Below, piece by piece: positions 19,415-28,611 of a stretch of DNA of 64,000 bases (position 1 is its first letter; each line of letters opens with the position of its first letter). The stretch is from contig CANJLI010000002.1 of assembly GCA_947475005.1 (NCBI GenBank), forward strand, positions 2,256 to 66,255, given 5' to 3'. This DNA is from Deltaproteobacteria bacterium (GTDB lineage: Bacteria > Bdellovibrionota_B > Oligoflexia > Oligoflexales > Bog-1112). Below the pieces are notes generated by a model, which was not told where the DNA came from, ran no database searches, and saw only the letters and a list, made by a program, of their open reading frames with translations. The translations under genes were made by a program, and so were the position numbers.

Positions 19415-19750
19415 ATGAGTCTCATTCTAGCCAAAATCGCAGCTGAAGCCGCCAAAACCAAAAAAGCAAGTGACATCATCTTGCAAGAGTTGGGTGGAAA
19501 ATCGGATATGTGTGATTTTCAACTGATTTGCTCCGGCGATAACGATCGCCAAACCCGTGCTATTGCAGAAAGCATCGCAGATGCTTGCAAGGTTCAAGCC
19601 CAGATTCGCCCTGCTGCCATCGAGGGTGCCCAAACCGGGCAGTGGATCCTTATGGACTACGGCAACCTGTTGGTGCATGTCTTTTTGCGCGATGTCCGCA
19701 ACTACTATGCCATCGAGAGCCTATGGCCCGATGCACAAGTAGAATTCTAA
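19415..19750 (+). CDS. rsfS: Ribosomal silencing factor RsfS (iojap-like)
   Basis: ~110 aa with ..WILMDYGNLLVHVF..R.YY.IE.LW motif. Located downstream of obg. Confidence 0.88.
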   Translation: MSLILAKIAAEAAKTKKASDIILQELGGKSDMCDFQLICSGDNDRQTRAIAESIADACKVQAQIRPAAIEGAQTGQWILMDYGNLLVHVFLRDVRNYYAIESLWPDAQVEF

Positions 19751-19786
19751 AGTTTTGGGAAAAAGGGGACAGAAAAAGGATTCTAT

Positions 19787-20800
19787 ATGTTTCGATTATC
19801 CCTGCTTTTGCTGATTTGCCTTGCACCTAGCTCTGTGATTGGAGCTGAAGGGGCTACTCCCAGCAAAGATCTAACTCTGATCCTCGGAAACGTGCGAGCC
19901 GCTGGCGCGACTGATCCTTCTCTTGCTGAACTCGTAGGACAATCCTCTGCAAGCTTTGAGCATAGAAAAAGTTTTCCAGGCGACACTGTCAGTGTGGATG
20001 TCGCTCCCCAGAGAGGGAGTGGAAAAAAACAGCCCCATATTCAGGGAGATTGGCTTGCCCTCGATTTATCCCAAGAACTTTCCAAGTTGGGATTTTCTAA
20101 AGAGAAGCAACCACAGCGCATATTCTTTGAATGGTTTCCTTCTTGCAGGCTACAATTTCAACCTCTCCTGCTACCTGCAATCAAAAAAGCGTTCGTTGAA
20201 CTTGCGCCTGGAGGTGAGCTGATTATCGAAAATATGCCTTATGTGGTTTCGTTACGGGGAACGATATATGAAGCGATGACAGGCGTACCAGACTCTGATT
20301 TTTTTGGAAAGATCTTATCCAAACTTCCAAACAAACTAGAAGAGTGTTATCCAGGTATTCTGTCGCATAGATGGCAACTCCTTGATCCATTTACATTACA
20401 TATTAGTGGCCGCGAGCGTGTTGATTTGCAACAACACCTTCAGGTTCGAATGCTACAATTCGAAGGGCAAGAGGCTACAACTATTTTTTCCGATAAGCAA
20501 ACAAACGTAAGGGCAGCAGATCAAGCCATTCATGAGTTATCTACTATTTTCAAGAAGAAGGAATCCGAAATTGTTGCAGCGCTTTCCAAGGTGATCACCA
20601 CAGTAGAGAAAGAAAAAGACAAACTCCGAATTATGTTTGAATACTTGTATCATTTGCATGCTCGGAAAAGAATAATATCGACTACATTGACTGACATTGG
20701 CTTTGAAGTTGATGAAGAAGCTTCCTTCCAATTTTTCCCTGAAAATCCCTATAACAAGCGAAAACATGCTTGGCTCATTAAGGTCCACAAGCCAAAATAA
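19787..20800 (+). CDS. Hypothetical secreted protein
   Basis: Signal peptide MFRLSLLLLICLAPSSVIGAEG. AT-richer 3' half. No family recognised; ELAPGGELII weakly recalls a methyltransferase motif but is unsupported. Confidence 0.7.
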   Translation: MFRLSLLLLICLAPSSVIGAEGATPSKDLTLILGNVRAAGATDPSLAELVGQSSASFEHRKSFPGDTVSVDVAPQRGSGKKQPHIQGDWLALDLSQELSKLGFSKEKQPQRIFFEWFPSCRLQFQPLLLPAIKKAFVELAPGGELIIENMPYVVSLRGTIYEAMTGVPDSDFFGKILSKLPNKLEECYPGILSHRWQLLDPFTLHISGRERVDLQQHLQVRMLQFEGQEATTIFSDKQTNVRAADQAIHELSTIFKKKESEIVAALSKVITTVEKEKDKLRIMFEYLYHLHARKRIISTTLTDIGFEVDEEASFQFFPENPYNKRKHAWLIKVHKPK

Positions 20801-21150
20801 TTAAGGGACACCCGACTGCCGCTTCTTTTCCTTACATTCAAGATGGCAACCCATCCGTCATCCCAAGGCTGCGCAGCAGCCGTATGGGATCTCGATAAAA
20901 ACGCAGGGATCCCATACGGTCCCTTCGGGACCTTGGGATGACGGATTTCCAAGGAGTTAGGCAAATCGTACGCTTGCTTACATTCAAGATGGCAACCCAT
21001 CCGTCATCCCAAAGAATAATTAAAGGGACAATAATTAAAGGGACACCCGACTGGACCCGAATTGTCTATATTTTCATCAATTCGGGTCCAGTCGGGGGTG
21101 TCCCTTAATTCCTAAATTCATGGGATCCCTTCGGGACCTTGGGATGACGG
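20798..21150. repeat. Repeat cluster: intact P module, duplicated flank, and a second P module interrupted by another palindrome
   Basis: Intact P at 20855-20944. 24-bp flank cttacattcaagatggcaacccat at 20831-20854 and 20977-21000. Second P arms at 21001-21012 and 21122-21150 are separated by palindrome 21033-21110. Confidence 0.85.
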
Positions 21151-21170
21151 AAGTCACACTGGGGAAGCAC

Positions 21171-21392
21171 TTACTCTCTAGCAGTAGCGCCTGACGCCTC
21201 GCCCTCCGGTTTTGCGATCTCATAGTTTCCGATTATTTTGTATGGTAAAAGAGAGAGCCGGTTTTTCCCGGCTTCGGGGCTCTGGGTTGAGGCGGTGGGG
21301 GGAGAAAGAGCCTTTTTCACCCCCCAGCTGACCGCACCGACGAGGCCGCAGAGCATACAACCGGCACATATCCATGGTACATAAGATCGCAT
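21171..21392 (-). CDS. Possible small membrane protein (73 aa)
   Basis: ATG with aagga 8 nt upstream and one hydrophobic helix. No homology recognised, so this may be non-coding. Confidence 0.35.
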   Translation of the reverse strand: MRSYVPWICAGCMLCGLVGAVSWGVKKALSPPTASTQSPEAGKNRLSLLPYKIIGNYEIAKPEGEASGATARE

Positions 21393-21441
21393 CGGATTTG
21401 TCCTTATTCAAAAAATCAATGGTCCACGAAGCAGTATCTAT

Positions 21442-24210
21442 ATGAAAACAAACAAAAAATCGCAAGAAACCCAGAGCATCTCCCTCAAGGGGGTCTGTAC
21501 CCACAATCTACAAAGCATAGATGTAAGTTTTCCACTTGGCCAGATTACCACAGTTACGGGCCGCTCGGGTTCTGGAAAGAGCTCCCTGGTCTTTGACACG
21601 CTCTATGCGGAATCCTATCGCCGCTATGTCGACAGCCTTTCGAGTTACGCCCGTCAGTATATGAAAGCTTTGCCCCGCGCCCCTGTCAAGGAAATCCACA
21701 ACCTCCCCGCTGCCATCGCTTTGCAGCAAGTGAGCGCAACAGGAAATCGCAGGTCCACGGTAGCGACCCTGACCGAGCTCGATACTCTGCTCCAAAATCT
21801 CTATACCCATGTGAGTATCCCTCACTGCCCCTCTTGTGAGACACCCTTACACCCAGATTCTCTGGCAAGCATCTATGCCCAGCTTCTTAGCAAATTTGTG
21901 GGACACCCTCTGCTCTTTCTCTGCTCTTTCGAGCTGTGGAAGGAGGTACCCTGGCAGGAGTTGAAAGGATTTTTGCAAGAACAAGGCTATAGCCGCTACT
22001 GGGGTTCTGCTGGGGTGGCTGCCATCGAAGCTGCTACGGCTAAATCCTTTGACGGCGCATGGCTCATCCTCGATCGCATCTCCATTGTAGAAGCGAAGGA
22101 AAAGCGCATTATCGAAACCATCGAAAAGGCACTTCGATTGGGACGAGGGCTCTTTCGGATCTTGGATACGTCCAATCAATTCACAGAGTTTTCCAATCGT
22201 TGCTGGTGCAGCACCTGCCGCATCGAAGTGGAAAAACCCAAATTTGCCTTCTTCTCGTTTCAACATCCTCTGGGGGCTTGTCCTACATGCCAAGGCTTTG
22301 GTCGAGAAGCTATCCTCGACTGGGATAAAATCATCCCAGATCTCACAGCTTCTATCCAGACAAAAGGCATTGCCTGCCTCAACTTTGGCAGTCACGATGA
22401 ATACTATGTGACGATGCGCAAATCGGCCAAGCAAGTGGGCCTCGATATCAAAAAGCCGTTTACTCAGTACACCCCCAAAGAATGGAAATGGCTCAAGTCC
22501 GGGAAAGACGACGGCACAGGTCATGAGTTCTCAGGCATTACTGGATATTTCATTTGGCTGGATAGTAAGAAATACAAACCCCACTATCGCATGCACGCAG
22601 CCAAGTTTCGCACCTACAATACTTGCCCCACTTGCTCTGGTATGCGGTTTCATCCCGATACCCATCGCTATAAGATCCAAGGATGCAGCTTAGGGGAGCT
22701 CTATCACAAGCCCATCGAAGAACTACATACCTGGCTCGAAACCCTACATGAGGCACAGAAGAAAACATCTGCCTATGAGGCCATTTCGGAGCTCTTTACC
22801 GAGATGCATCATCGTACCCTCTACCTACAAAAGATTGGGGTAGGCTACTTGTCCCTGCATCGCAGTGCACGTACGCTATCAGGGGGAGAACTGCAGCGCA
22901 TTCACATGGCTCGTTGTCTCGGAAGTGCGCTTACGGATACTCTGTTCTGCTTGGATGAGCCCACAGCTGGGTTGCATGCCAAGGACAGTACCAACTTGCT
23001 CGAGGTCATCCGAGAGTTGCAACGACAGGGCAACACCATCGTTATGATCGAGCATGACCCTACGTTGATTCGAGGGAGCGATACCCTTATTGAAATCGGA
23101 CCGGAAGCAGGGCACTTGGGGGGACAGGTGACCTACAGTGGACCTACACGCAACTATTTGATGCCACAGTCAGAGTTGCCCCTGCGCAACACCCCGTTGG
23201 CAAAGCGTTGGATCACGCTCAAGGGGGTAAGAACCCACAACCTCCAAGATATCACCGTGCAAATTCCCTTGGGCAAGCTCACCACGGTTTGTGGGGTGAG
23301 CGGGAGTGGCAAGACCAGTCTCATCCGACATACACTCTATGAAGCCCTAAGTGCCACACGAGGTGAAAAGGTCGAGGGCACGGATAAAGAAACTGTGGCT
23401 CTCTATCGCTCCCTCACGCCCAAAGCCCACGTGGATAGCTTTGCAGATGTGCTATGGGTGCAGCAGCAATCCCTGAGTCGCAGCTCCCGCTCCTGCATTG
23501 GAACCTATCTCGGAATTCTCGATCGCATTCGTAAGATTTATGCAGATCAACCGATGGCAATCAAACTCGGGCTCACTGCCAGTTCGTTTAGCTTCAACCG
23601 ACCAGGGGGGCGATGCGAGCAATGCCAAGGACTCGGCACCGTGGTAGAAGATCTTTCTTTCTTAGGGGATGTCACCATCACCTGCCCCCAATGTGAGGGG
23701 CGACGATTCTCCGATGCGGTGCTGCAAGTACGATATAAGAACCACTCCTTGCGAGAGTTACTCGCCCTCACCCTCGCACAGGTCGGCGCTCTCTTTCGCG
23801 AGGACAAGGCGACACGCACGCTCTGTGATGCTGTGGTGGCGATTGGATTGGGGTATCTCACCTTGGGACAAGCTACCAGTGCCTTCTCGGGTGGGGAAGC
23901 CCAACGGCTCAAGCTTCTCAGTCTACTCACCCAAACAGCAGGACTTGCACCCTCTCTGTTGATTTTTGATGAGCCCACCGTGGGACTTGCACCCTATGAT
24001 GTGAATCAACTCTTGCAACAATTGCAAGGTCTCTGCGAAGCAGGGCATACGGTAGTCGTGGTGGAACACAATTTTACGTTCATCCAACAGGCTGATTGGC
24101 TCATCGAGTTGGGCCCTGGCGCAGGTCCTCATGGGGGTTCTTTGTTGTTTCAGGGAACACCGAAGAATATGGCTGAGGCAGAGGCGTCTGTAACCCGGCT
24201 GTTTTTTTGA
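21442..24210 (+). CDS. uvrA: Excinuclease ABC subunit A family protein (divergent UvrA)
   Basis: Two ABC ATPase modules (GRSGSGKSS, GVSGSGKTS, LSGGELQR, FSGGEAQR). Zinc modules CPSC, CSTC..CPTC and CEQC..CPQC. Colinear with E. coli UvrA but clearly divergent. Confidence 0.8.
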   Translation: MKTNKKSQETQSISLKGVCTHNLQSIDVSFPLGQITTVTGRSGSGKSSLVFDTLYAESYRRYVDSLSSYARQYMKALPRAPVKEIHNLPAAIALQQVSATGNRRSTVATLTELDTLLQNLYTHVSIPHCPSCETPLHPDSLASIYAQLLSKFVGHPLLFLCSFELWKEVPWQELKGFLQEQGYSRYWGSAGVAAIEAATAKSFDGAWLILDRISIVEAKEKRIIETIEKALRLGRGLFRILDTSNQFTEFSNRCWCSTCRIEVEKPKFAFFSFQHPLGACPTCQGFGREAILDWDKIIPDLTASIQTKGIACLNFGSHDEYYVTMRKSAKQVGLDIKKPFTQYTPKEWKWLKSGKDDGTGHEFSGITGYFIWLDSKKYKPHYRMHAAKFRTYNTCPTCSGMRFHPDTHRYKIQGCSLGELYHKPIEELHTWLETLHEAQKKTSAYEAISELFTEMHHRTLYLQKIGVGYLSLHRSARTLSGGELQRIHMARCLGSALTDTLFCLDEPTAGLHAKDSTNLLEVIRELQRQGNTIVMIEHDPTLIRGSDTLIEIGPEAGHLGGQVTYSGPTRNYLMPQSELPLRNTPLAKRWITLKGVRTHNLQDITVQIPLGKLTTVCGVSGSGKTSLIRHTLYEALSATRGEKVEGTDKETVALYRSLTPKAHVDSFADVLWVQQQSLSRSSRSCIGTYLGILDRIRKIYADQPMAIKLGLTASSFSFNRPGGRCEQCQGLGTVVEDLSFLGDVTITCPQCEGRRFSDAVLQVRYKNHSLRELLALTLAQVGALFREDKATRTLCDAVVAIGLGYLTLGQATSAFSGGEAQRLKLLSLLTQTAGLAPSLLIFDEPTVGLAPYDVNQLLQQLQGLCEAGHTVVVVEHNFTFIQQADWLIELGPGAGPHGGSLLFQGTPKNMAEAEASVTRLFF

Positions 24211-24212
24211 TT
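24181..24212 (+). repeat. Direct repeat copy 1 (includes uvrA stop codon)
   Basis: gaggcgtctgtaacccggctgtttttttgatt. Matches 25248-25279 at 30 of 32 positions. Confidence 0.8.
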
Positions 24213-24290
24213 TTTTTTGCATCACCAAAATCGTGAAAAAAGAAAAAGAAAAGTATACTATATGTAACCATAATTTTAGGAGGTATGTAG

Positions 24291-25124
24291 ATGTCGAGAA
24301 AATTTTTACTTAAAATGGTCGGTCTCTTGTTTTTTGGGGTCACCCTAGGTGGTGACTTACTTGCAGCCACGAAGGTGCATATTGTCGATGATGCGATAGG
24401 TTCATACATCGCAGGAGGATTTACAGTTGATGCAAATCACGTAACCCTCGTTACAAAGTCACAAGACCCCAAGGTGATTACCTTGACGGTACAGCCTGCT
24501 GCAGATGGCTCTATTACATTGCACTCTACTGTATCAGGCGTAACTCCCCTCAAATGCCCTAAAGGGCAAGAAATCGGGTTAGATCATTTTATCCACACAA
24601 TTCAAGAGAATCTTGCGGCACAGAACGCACCGAAACCTGCTGCTGTGCCTGCAGCTCAAGCAGCTGCAGCTGCGGGGATCCCGATGGAGCAGCGACCCAT
24701 CGCGTACATAGTCAATCTGGAAAAAGCACATAGAAATGAGTTTGGAAATGCACCGACTTTTACAAGCACGACCCACCAATGTGTTTATTTACCACTAGAT
24801 AAAGCAAAGGGCCTTAAGTTGAAGGAAAATGAGGTTATCTTGCTTGCAGATCGAGCGAGAAATCCATCTCGAAGAGCGAATGATTATGGTGTTTTTAAGA
24901 ATATGGTTCAGGAGAATTTTTCCAGCATCGAAAACAAGCTGGGTTTCTTGGTATATATCCAAACACAAAACCCAGACTTATACGCTGAGGCCGAACCAAG
25001 AGAACTCGCAGAGGCCCCATACTCCTTAGTTGCTCGGGACATATACCCGAACCGGATGAATACAAATTTGGACTCTTTTATTCAACGAGTTCTGAAACAT
25101 GATCTTTCTCCGTTCCCGAATTAA
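24291..25124 (+). CDS. Hypothetical secreted protein (277 aa)
   Basis: Strong aggagg 7 nt upstream. Signal peptide ..LLFFGVTLGGDLLAA. Ala/Pro linker. AT-richer than its neighbours. No family recognised. Confidence 0.75.
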   Translation: MSRKFLLKMVGLLFFGVTLGGDLLAATKVHIVDDAIGSYIAGGFTVDANHVTLVTKSQDPKVITLTVQPAADGSITLHSTVSGVTPLKCPKGQEIGLDHFIHTIQENLAAQNAPKPAAVPAAQAAAAAGIPMEQRPIAYIVNLEKAHRNEFGNAPTFTSTTHQCVYLPLDKAKGLKLKENEVILLADRARNPSRRANDYGVFKNMVQENFSSIENKLGFLVYIQTQNPDLYAEAEPRELAEAPYSLVARDIYPNRMNTNLDSFIQRVLKHDLSPFPN

Positions 25125-25247
25125 AGGCCATCACCCACCGAAGGTGGGCTAAAAGTAACTTACAAAGTTGGGAAATCCTTCGCTACAGCGAGGGATGACG
25201 GAAGCTGCGCCAGGAGACGGAAGCTGCGCCAGGATGAGCCCCCCTCT

Positions 25248-25279
25248 GAGGGGTCTGTAACCCGGCTATTTTTTTGATT
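25248..25279 (+). repeat. Direct repeat copy 2 (pseudo 3' end of uvrA)
   Basis: gaggggtctgtaacccggctatttttttgatt. Would encode ..VTRLFF-stop, like the true uvrA end. Confidence 0.8.
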
Positions 25280-25349
25280 GAGGCTTGACGTGGGTTTCAC
25301 TCTCTCTTATTTTTGATACTATATCAATTTTATTGGAGATGAGAAAAGC

Positions 25350-26777
25350 ATGTTAACCTCTGCCATTTTCATTGGTTTTATTCTCCTCCAATTGCTTGTT
25401 GGTGTAGTCATCTCTCGTTTTATCAAGACTGGAGATGACTATTTCGTTGCGGGCCGCAAACAAGGTCCCTTAATCGTAACCTTTTCTATTTTTGCTACCT
25501 GGTTTGGGTCTGAATCTTGTTTGGGAACTGCAGGTCGGGTGTATGAGAATGGATTGTTGGGCTCAAGGGCTGACCCTTTTGGATATACAATCTGTCTTCT
25601 CATTTACGGGTTTCTTTTGGTCCGCCATCTCTGGAGCAAAGAAATCGTTACCATTGGAGATGTCATTGGAAAACGATTCGGCCCTACTGCTGAAACTCTC
25701 GCAGGGTTGATCCTTGCAATCACCTCTTTACTCTGGGCATCCGGTCAAGTTCGAGCTTTTGGACATATTCTCTCCCTGCATTTGAGTATGAATTTGACGC
25801 TAGCAGTCGTGCTTGCCACATCTGTTGCCGTGATCTATACCGCATTCGGAGGATTGCTCGCAGATGCTTACACAGACCTATTACAAGGGATCATTTTGAT
25901 TATTGGATTGATCGTCTTGTTCTATGTCGTTGTTTTTCAAGAGTCCGATGAAAGTACCCTTTCTATTTTAAAAAATTTGCCTATGAATCGTACGCGGCTA
26001 TTCGCTTCCCAATCGTCGTTGTTAGAAAATATAGATGCATGGTTGGTGCCAATTGCGGGTGCACTGGTCTCTCAAGAATTGGTAGCGAGGGTAAGTGGAG
26101 CCAGAACTCAAAAAATAGCCACCACCAGCGCAATCATTGCTGGCATTCTCTACCTCATTGTAGGTTTGATTCCTTTGGTCTTGGGATTACTCGCTCCCTC
26201 CTTGCTGGGCCATGTTGCCAACAGTGACGAAACATTGATTTTGCTTGCCAACAAGTACCTGCCAACTACATTGAATTTGTTGTTCTCCGCAGGATTGGTT
26301 TCTGCAATTTTATCGACCGTAGACAGTGCATTTCTTGCAGGCAGTGCCTCACTGACACGAAACGTGGCAAGCAGATTTGTCACCTTGACCAGCGAGCGTC
26401 AACTAAAATTAGGCCGACTCTTTGTTGTACTGATGGGTATAGCTGCTTGTATCTTGGGGCTTTCTTCAGAAAACATCTATAATCTTGTCATTGCTGCAGC
26501 CTCTTTTGGAACCGCAGGTGTTTTGATCCTTTTCTTAATCGGCCTCTTTACCAAAATCGGGCATTCGCTAACAGGTGTCCTTACTTTACTCACCGGTCTC
26601 ATAACGACGATCATTTTTGATCATCTCCACCCGATTCCAGCCCCCTACGTCTGGTCGATGCTGTCCTCCCTCTTCTGCTTTTGCTCGGTCGAAGCGATGA
26701 TGCAGTCTCGCGTTTATTTTCGAAAACGCCGTATGGTCACTGCCTATGACTCTCTTTCAGAAAATCGTGTCGAATAA
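25350..26777 (+). CDS. Sodium:solute symporter family transporter
   Basis: 475 aa with about 12-13 hydrophobic helices. N-terminal ..DYFVAGRK.. and ..ATWFGSES.. are typical of the SSF family. Confidence 0.85.
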   Translation: MLTSAIFIGFILLQLLVGVVISRFIKTGDDYFVAGRKQGPLIVTFSIFATWFGSESCLGTAGRVYENGLLGSRADPFGYTICLLIYGFLLVRHLWSKEIVTIGDVIGKRFGPTAETLAGLILAITSLLWASGQVRAFGHILSLHLSMNLTLAVVLATSVAVIYTAFGGLLADAYTDLLQGIILIIGLIVLFYVVVFQESDESTLSILKNLPMNRTRLFASQSSLLENIDAWLVPIAGALVSQELVARVSGARTQKIATTSAIIAGILYLIVGLIPLVLGLLAPSLLGHVANSDETLILLANKYLPTTLNLLFSAGLVSAILSTVDSAFLAGSASLTRNVASRFVTLTSERQLKLGRLFVVLMGIAACILGLSSENIYNLVIAAASFGTAGVLILFLIGLFTKIGHSLTGVLTLLTGLITTIIFDHLHPIPAPYVWSMLSSLFCFCSVEAMMQSRVYFRKRRMVTAYDSLSENRVE

Positions 26778-26858
26778 TGGGATTTTGGATGGAGATCAGA
26801 ATTCTTTTGAAAGGAGATATAATAGAAAGATCAAGACCCTCTTTCAAAAGGAAACAAC

Positions 26859-28595
26859 ATGAGGAAAAAGAGTCTACTTTTATTCTGGCTACTGGCTTGT
26901 AGTTTTTTTGCCAAGGCAGCTGCAAAAGATCAATTTAAGCGGCTAGTTGCGGATCAGCTTAGTTGCGATTTTTTGTTAAAAATAGATGCTCCAGACTATA
27001 AAACTGTTGAGCATTTGAAAAGAATCACCGCTACCTATCTCACACTCCCACCTGCAAGACGCTATGTTTTTCGCAGCTGTCTTTTCGAGAAAAAAGAATT
27101 ATTTGATGCCATTGACCAATGGTTTGATTCTCAATTTTCAGGGTATTACAAAGCTTCCGATCCCGAGGTAATAAAATTGATGGGTGAGTACGATGCACTC
27201 ATAACGAACACAACCGATCACAACCAAAACGCTGTGATTTTTATTGCCAATGATGACCACAACCAAGCCTTTCAACTCAAAAGTTTGGCAGGAAAACTTG
27301 TAAAATGGCGCCTCGCTGCAATGGCTTCCCATTATAATATCTTTATTTCCTCTAAAATAAAAAGCCAAATTGGGATGGCCAATACCTTTATCAGAACCTC
27401 TGAAGATCCTACTTTCAAAACAGGCTTTGACTTCGTAGAGATTCTCGCCCATGGAAACCACGAATGTATTGGCTTAGATGATGCCTACCCATTTGGGCGC
27501 ATGGAAGTCTATGCTCCCATGCAATCTACCTTAGCAGAATGGTTTCGGCATGGCTTACGTCAGAATGCAGAGGTTTTTTTCACATCTTGTATGCTGGGAA
27601 GGAAACTGACAGGCGGAGCCATGAACTTTCTCAATTCTTTCGCAAATCGATATACCAGACCTGATGTTAGCGTACGAGGTTCTACAAAATCTGTAATGAT
27701 CCTAAATGAAGATTGGACCATTCAGGATGAAAAAATCGTAATCAATCATTATATAGAGCATAAAAATAGCACTGAGACTGTTTTCAAAAACACCATAATC
27801 CGAAGCGAATCTCCTACGGCGAATTTGGCTCAATCAGAGAGCCATTATAAAAAAACCGAATTACAAAAAGAAAAAGAGGCAGATCCGGATGCATATGCAG
27901 GAAGGCTAAAAAAAGCCGTTACCCTTTTAGCAAAAGTAAGTTTACTCACAGCAAACAATGCTTACCTGAGCTCCCTCGACAAAAAAATCTGGGTGGCTTT
28001 CCCATCCGGGAATCCTCTGTTCGCGGCAGGTTCCCAAAAAGTAATCCGCACCACACCCGGTATGCTAGTAACAAAAGATGATTCTTTATTAGTTCCATTG
28101 AAATCATATTCTTTTTTACTCAACCTCCTTTTAGCCACTACGATCGAATCCGGTCTTTTTGGATTTGGCCTTGAAAAATATAGCAAAGAAACCGTGGAAG
28201 AAATTGCAAAACTCGGAAATCTTCGAATCTATGATCGGAGAGATCCACAGGAAAAAGCTGAGAAGGGAATCCGAATCATCTTTGGGTTACAAGAGTCCGA
28301 CCAACCGGTTCACCAAAGTTTACATGATATTTCCGATAAACTTCTGCTTGAAACCCTGCTTATTAACATCGTTTCGTATTTGAACTTTAACCTTGAAGAA
28401 TCCGAATATGCCTGGATGGTGGCTGGTCAATATGTAACGAGAGAGGGAGATCGCTTCGTTCCAGTGACTCTTTCAGGCCATCTTCCTCAAATTTATGCAG
28501 AATCAGACGAATTTTTCTCTCCCTTTTTATTAAACCCTTACGAGGTTGGAAACACTTTCAAAGAACAGTTTAAAAAACCGGCATTAAAAAAATAG
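26859..28595 (+). CDS. Hypothetical secreted protein with CHAT/caspase-like His-Cys pattern
   Basis: Signal peptide LLLFWLLACSFFAKAAA. FVEILAHG (His198, nt 27450-27452) and VFFTSCMLG (Cys244, nt 27588-27590). Visibly AT-richer than the flanks. Confidence 0.75.
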   Translation: MRKKSLLLFWLLACSFFAKAAAKDQFKRLVADQLSCDFLLKIDAPDYKTVEHLKRITATYLTLPPARRYVFRSCLFEKKELFDAIDQWFDSQFSGYYKASDPEVIKLMGEYDALITNTTDHNQNAVIFIANDDHNQAFQLKSLAGKLVKWRLAAMASHYNIFISSKIKSQIGMANTFIRTSEDPTFKTGFDFVEILAHGNHECIGLDDAYPFGRMEVYAPMQSTLAEWFRHGLRQNAEVFFTSCMLGRKLTGGAMNFLNSFANRYTRPDVSVRGSTKSVMILNEDWTIQDEKIVINHYIEHKNSTETVFKNTIIRSESPTANLAQSESHYKKTELQKEKEADPDAYAGRLKKAVTLLAKVSLLTANNAYLSSLDKKIWVAFPSGNPLFAAGSQKVIRTTPGMLVTKDDSLLVPLKSYSFLLNLLLATTIESGLFGFGLEKYSKETVEEIAKLGNLRIYDRRDPQEKAEKGIRIIFGLQESDQPVHQSLHDISDKLLLETLLINIVSYLNFNLEESEYAWMVAGQYVTREGDRFVPVTLSGHLPQIYAESDEFFSPFLLNPYEVGNTFKEQFKKPALKK

Positions 28596-28611
28596 TCTCC
28601 CAAGCCAACGC

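Noticed and set aside
20749-21000. ORFs sharing peptides such as HPKVPKGPYGIPAFLSRSHTAA.QPWDD (20749-21000, 46696-46950, 5890-6093, 30226-30474).
   Set aside because: These are translations of the P-module repeat. The similarity is at the nucleotide-repeat level and the ORFs have no start-site support.
21442-24210. Idea that the UvrA-like gene is a specialised UvrA2-type paralogue (drug-resistance type) rather than the housekeeping uvrA.
   Set aside because: The protein is colinear with full-length UvrA, including the region equivalent to the UvrB-binding and insertion domains. Without the rest of the genome, paralogy cannot be judged, so it is kept as divergent uvrA.
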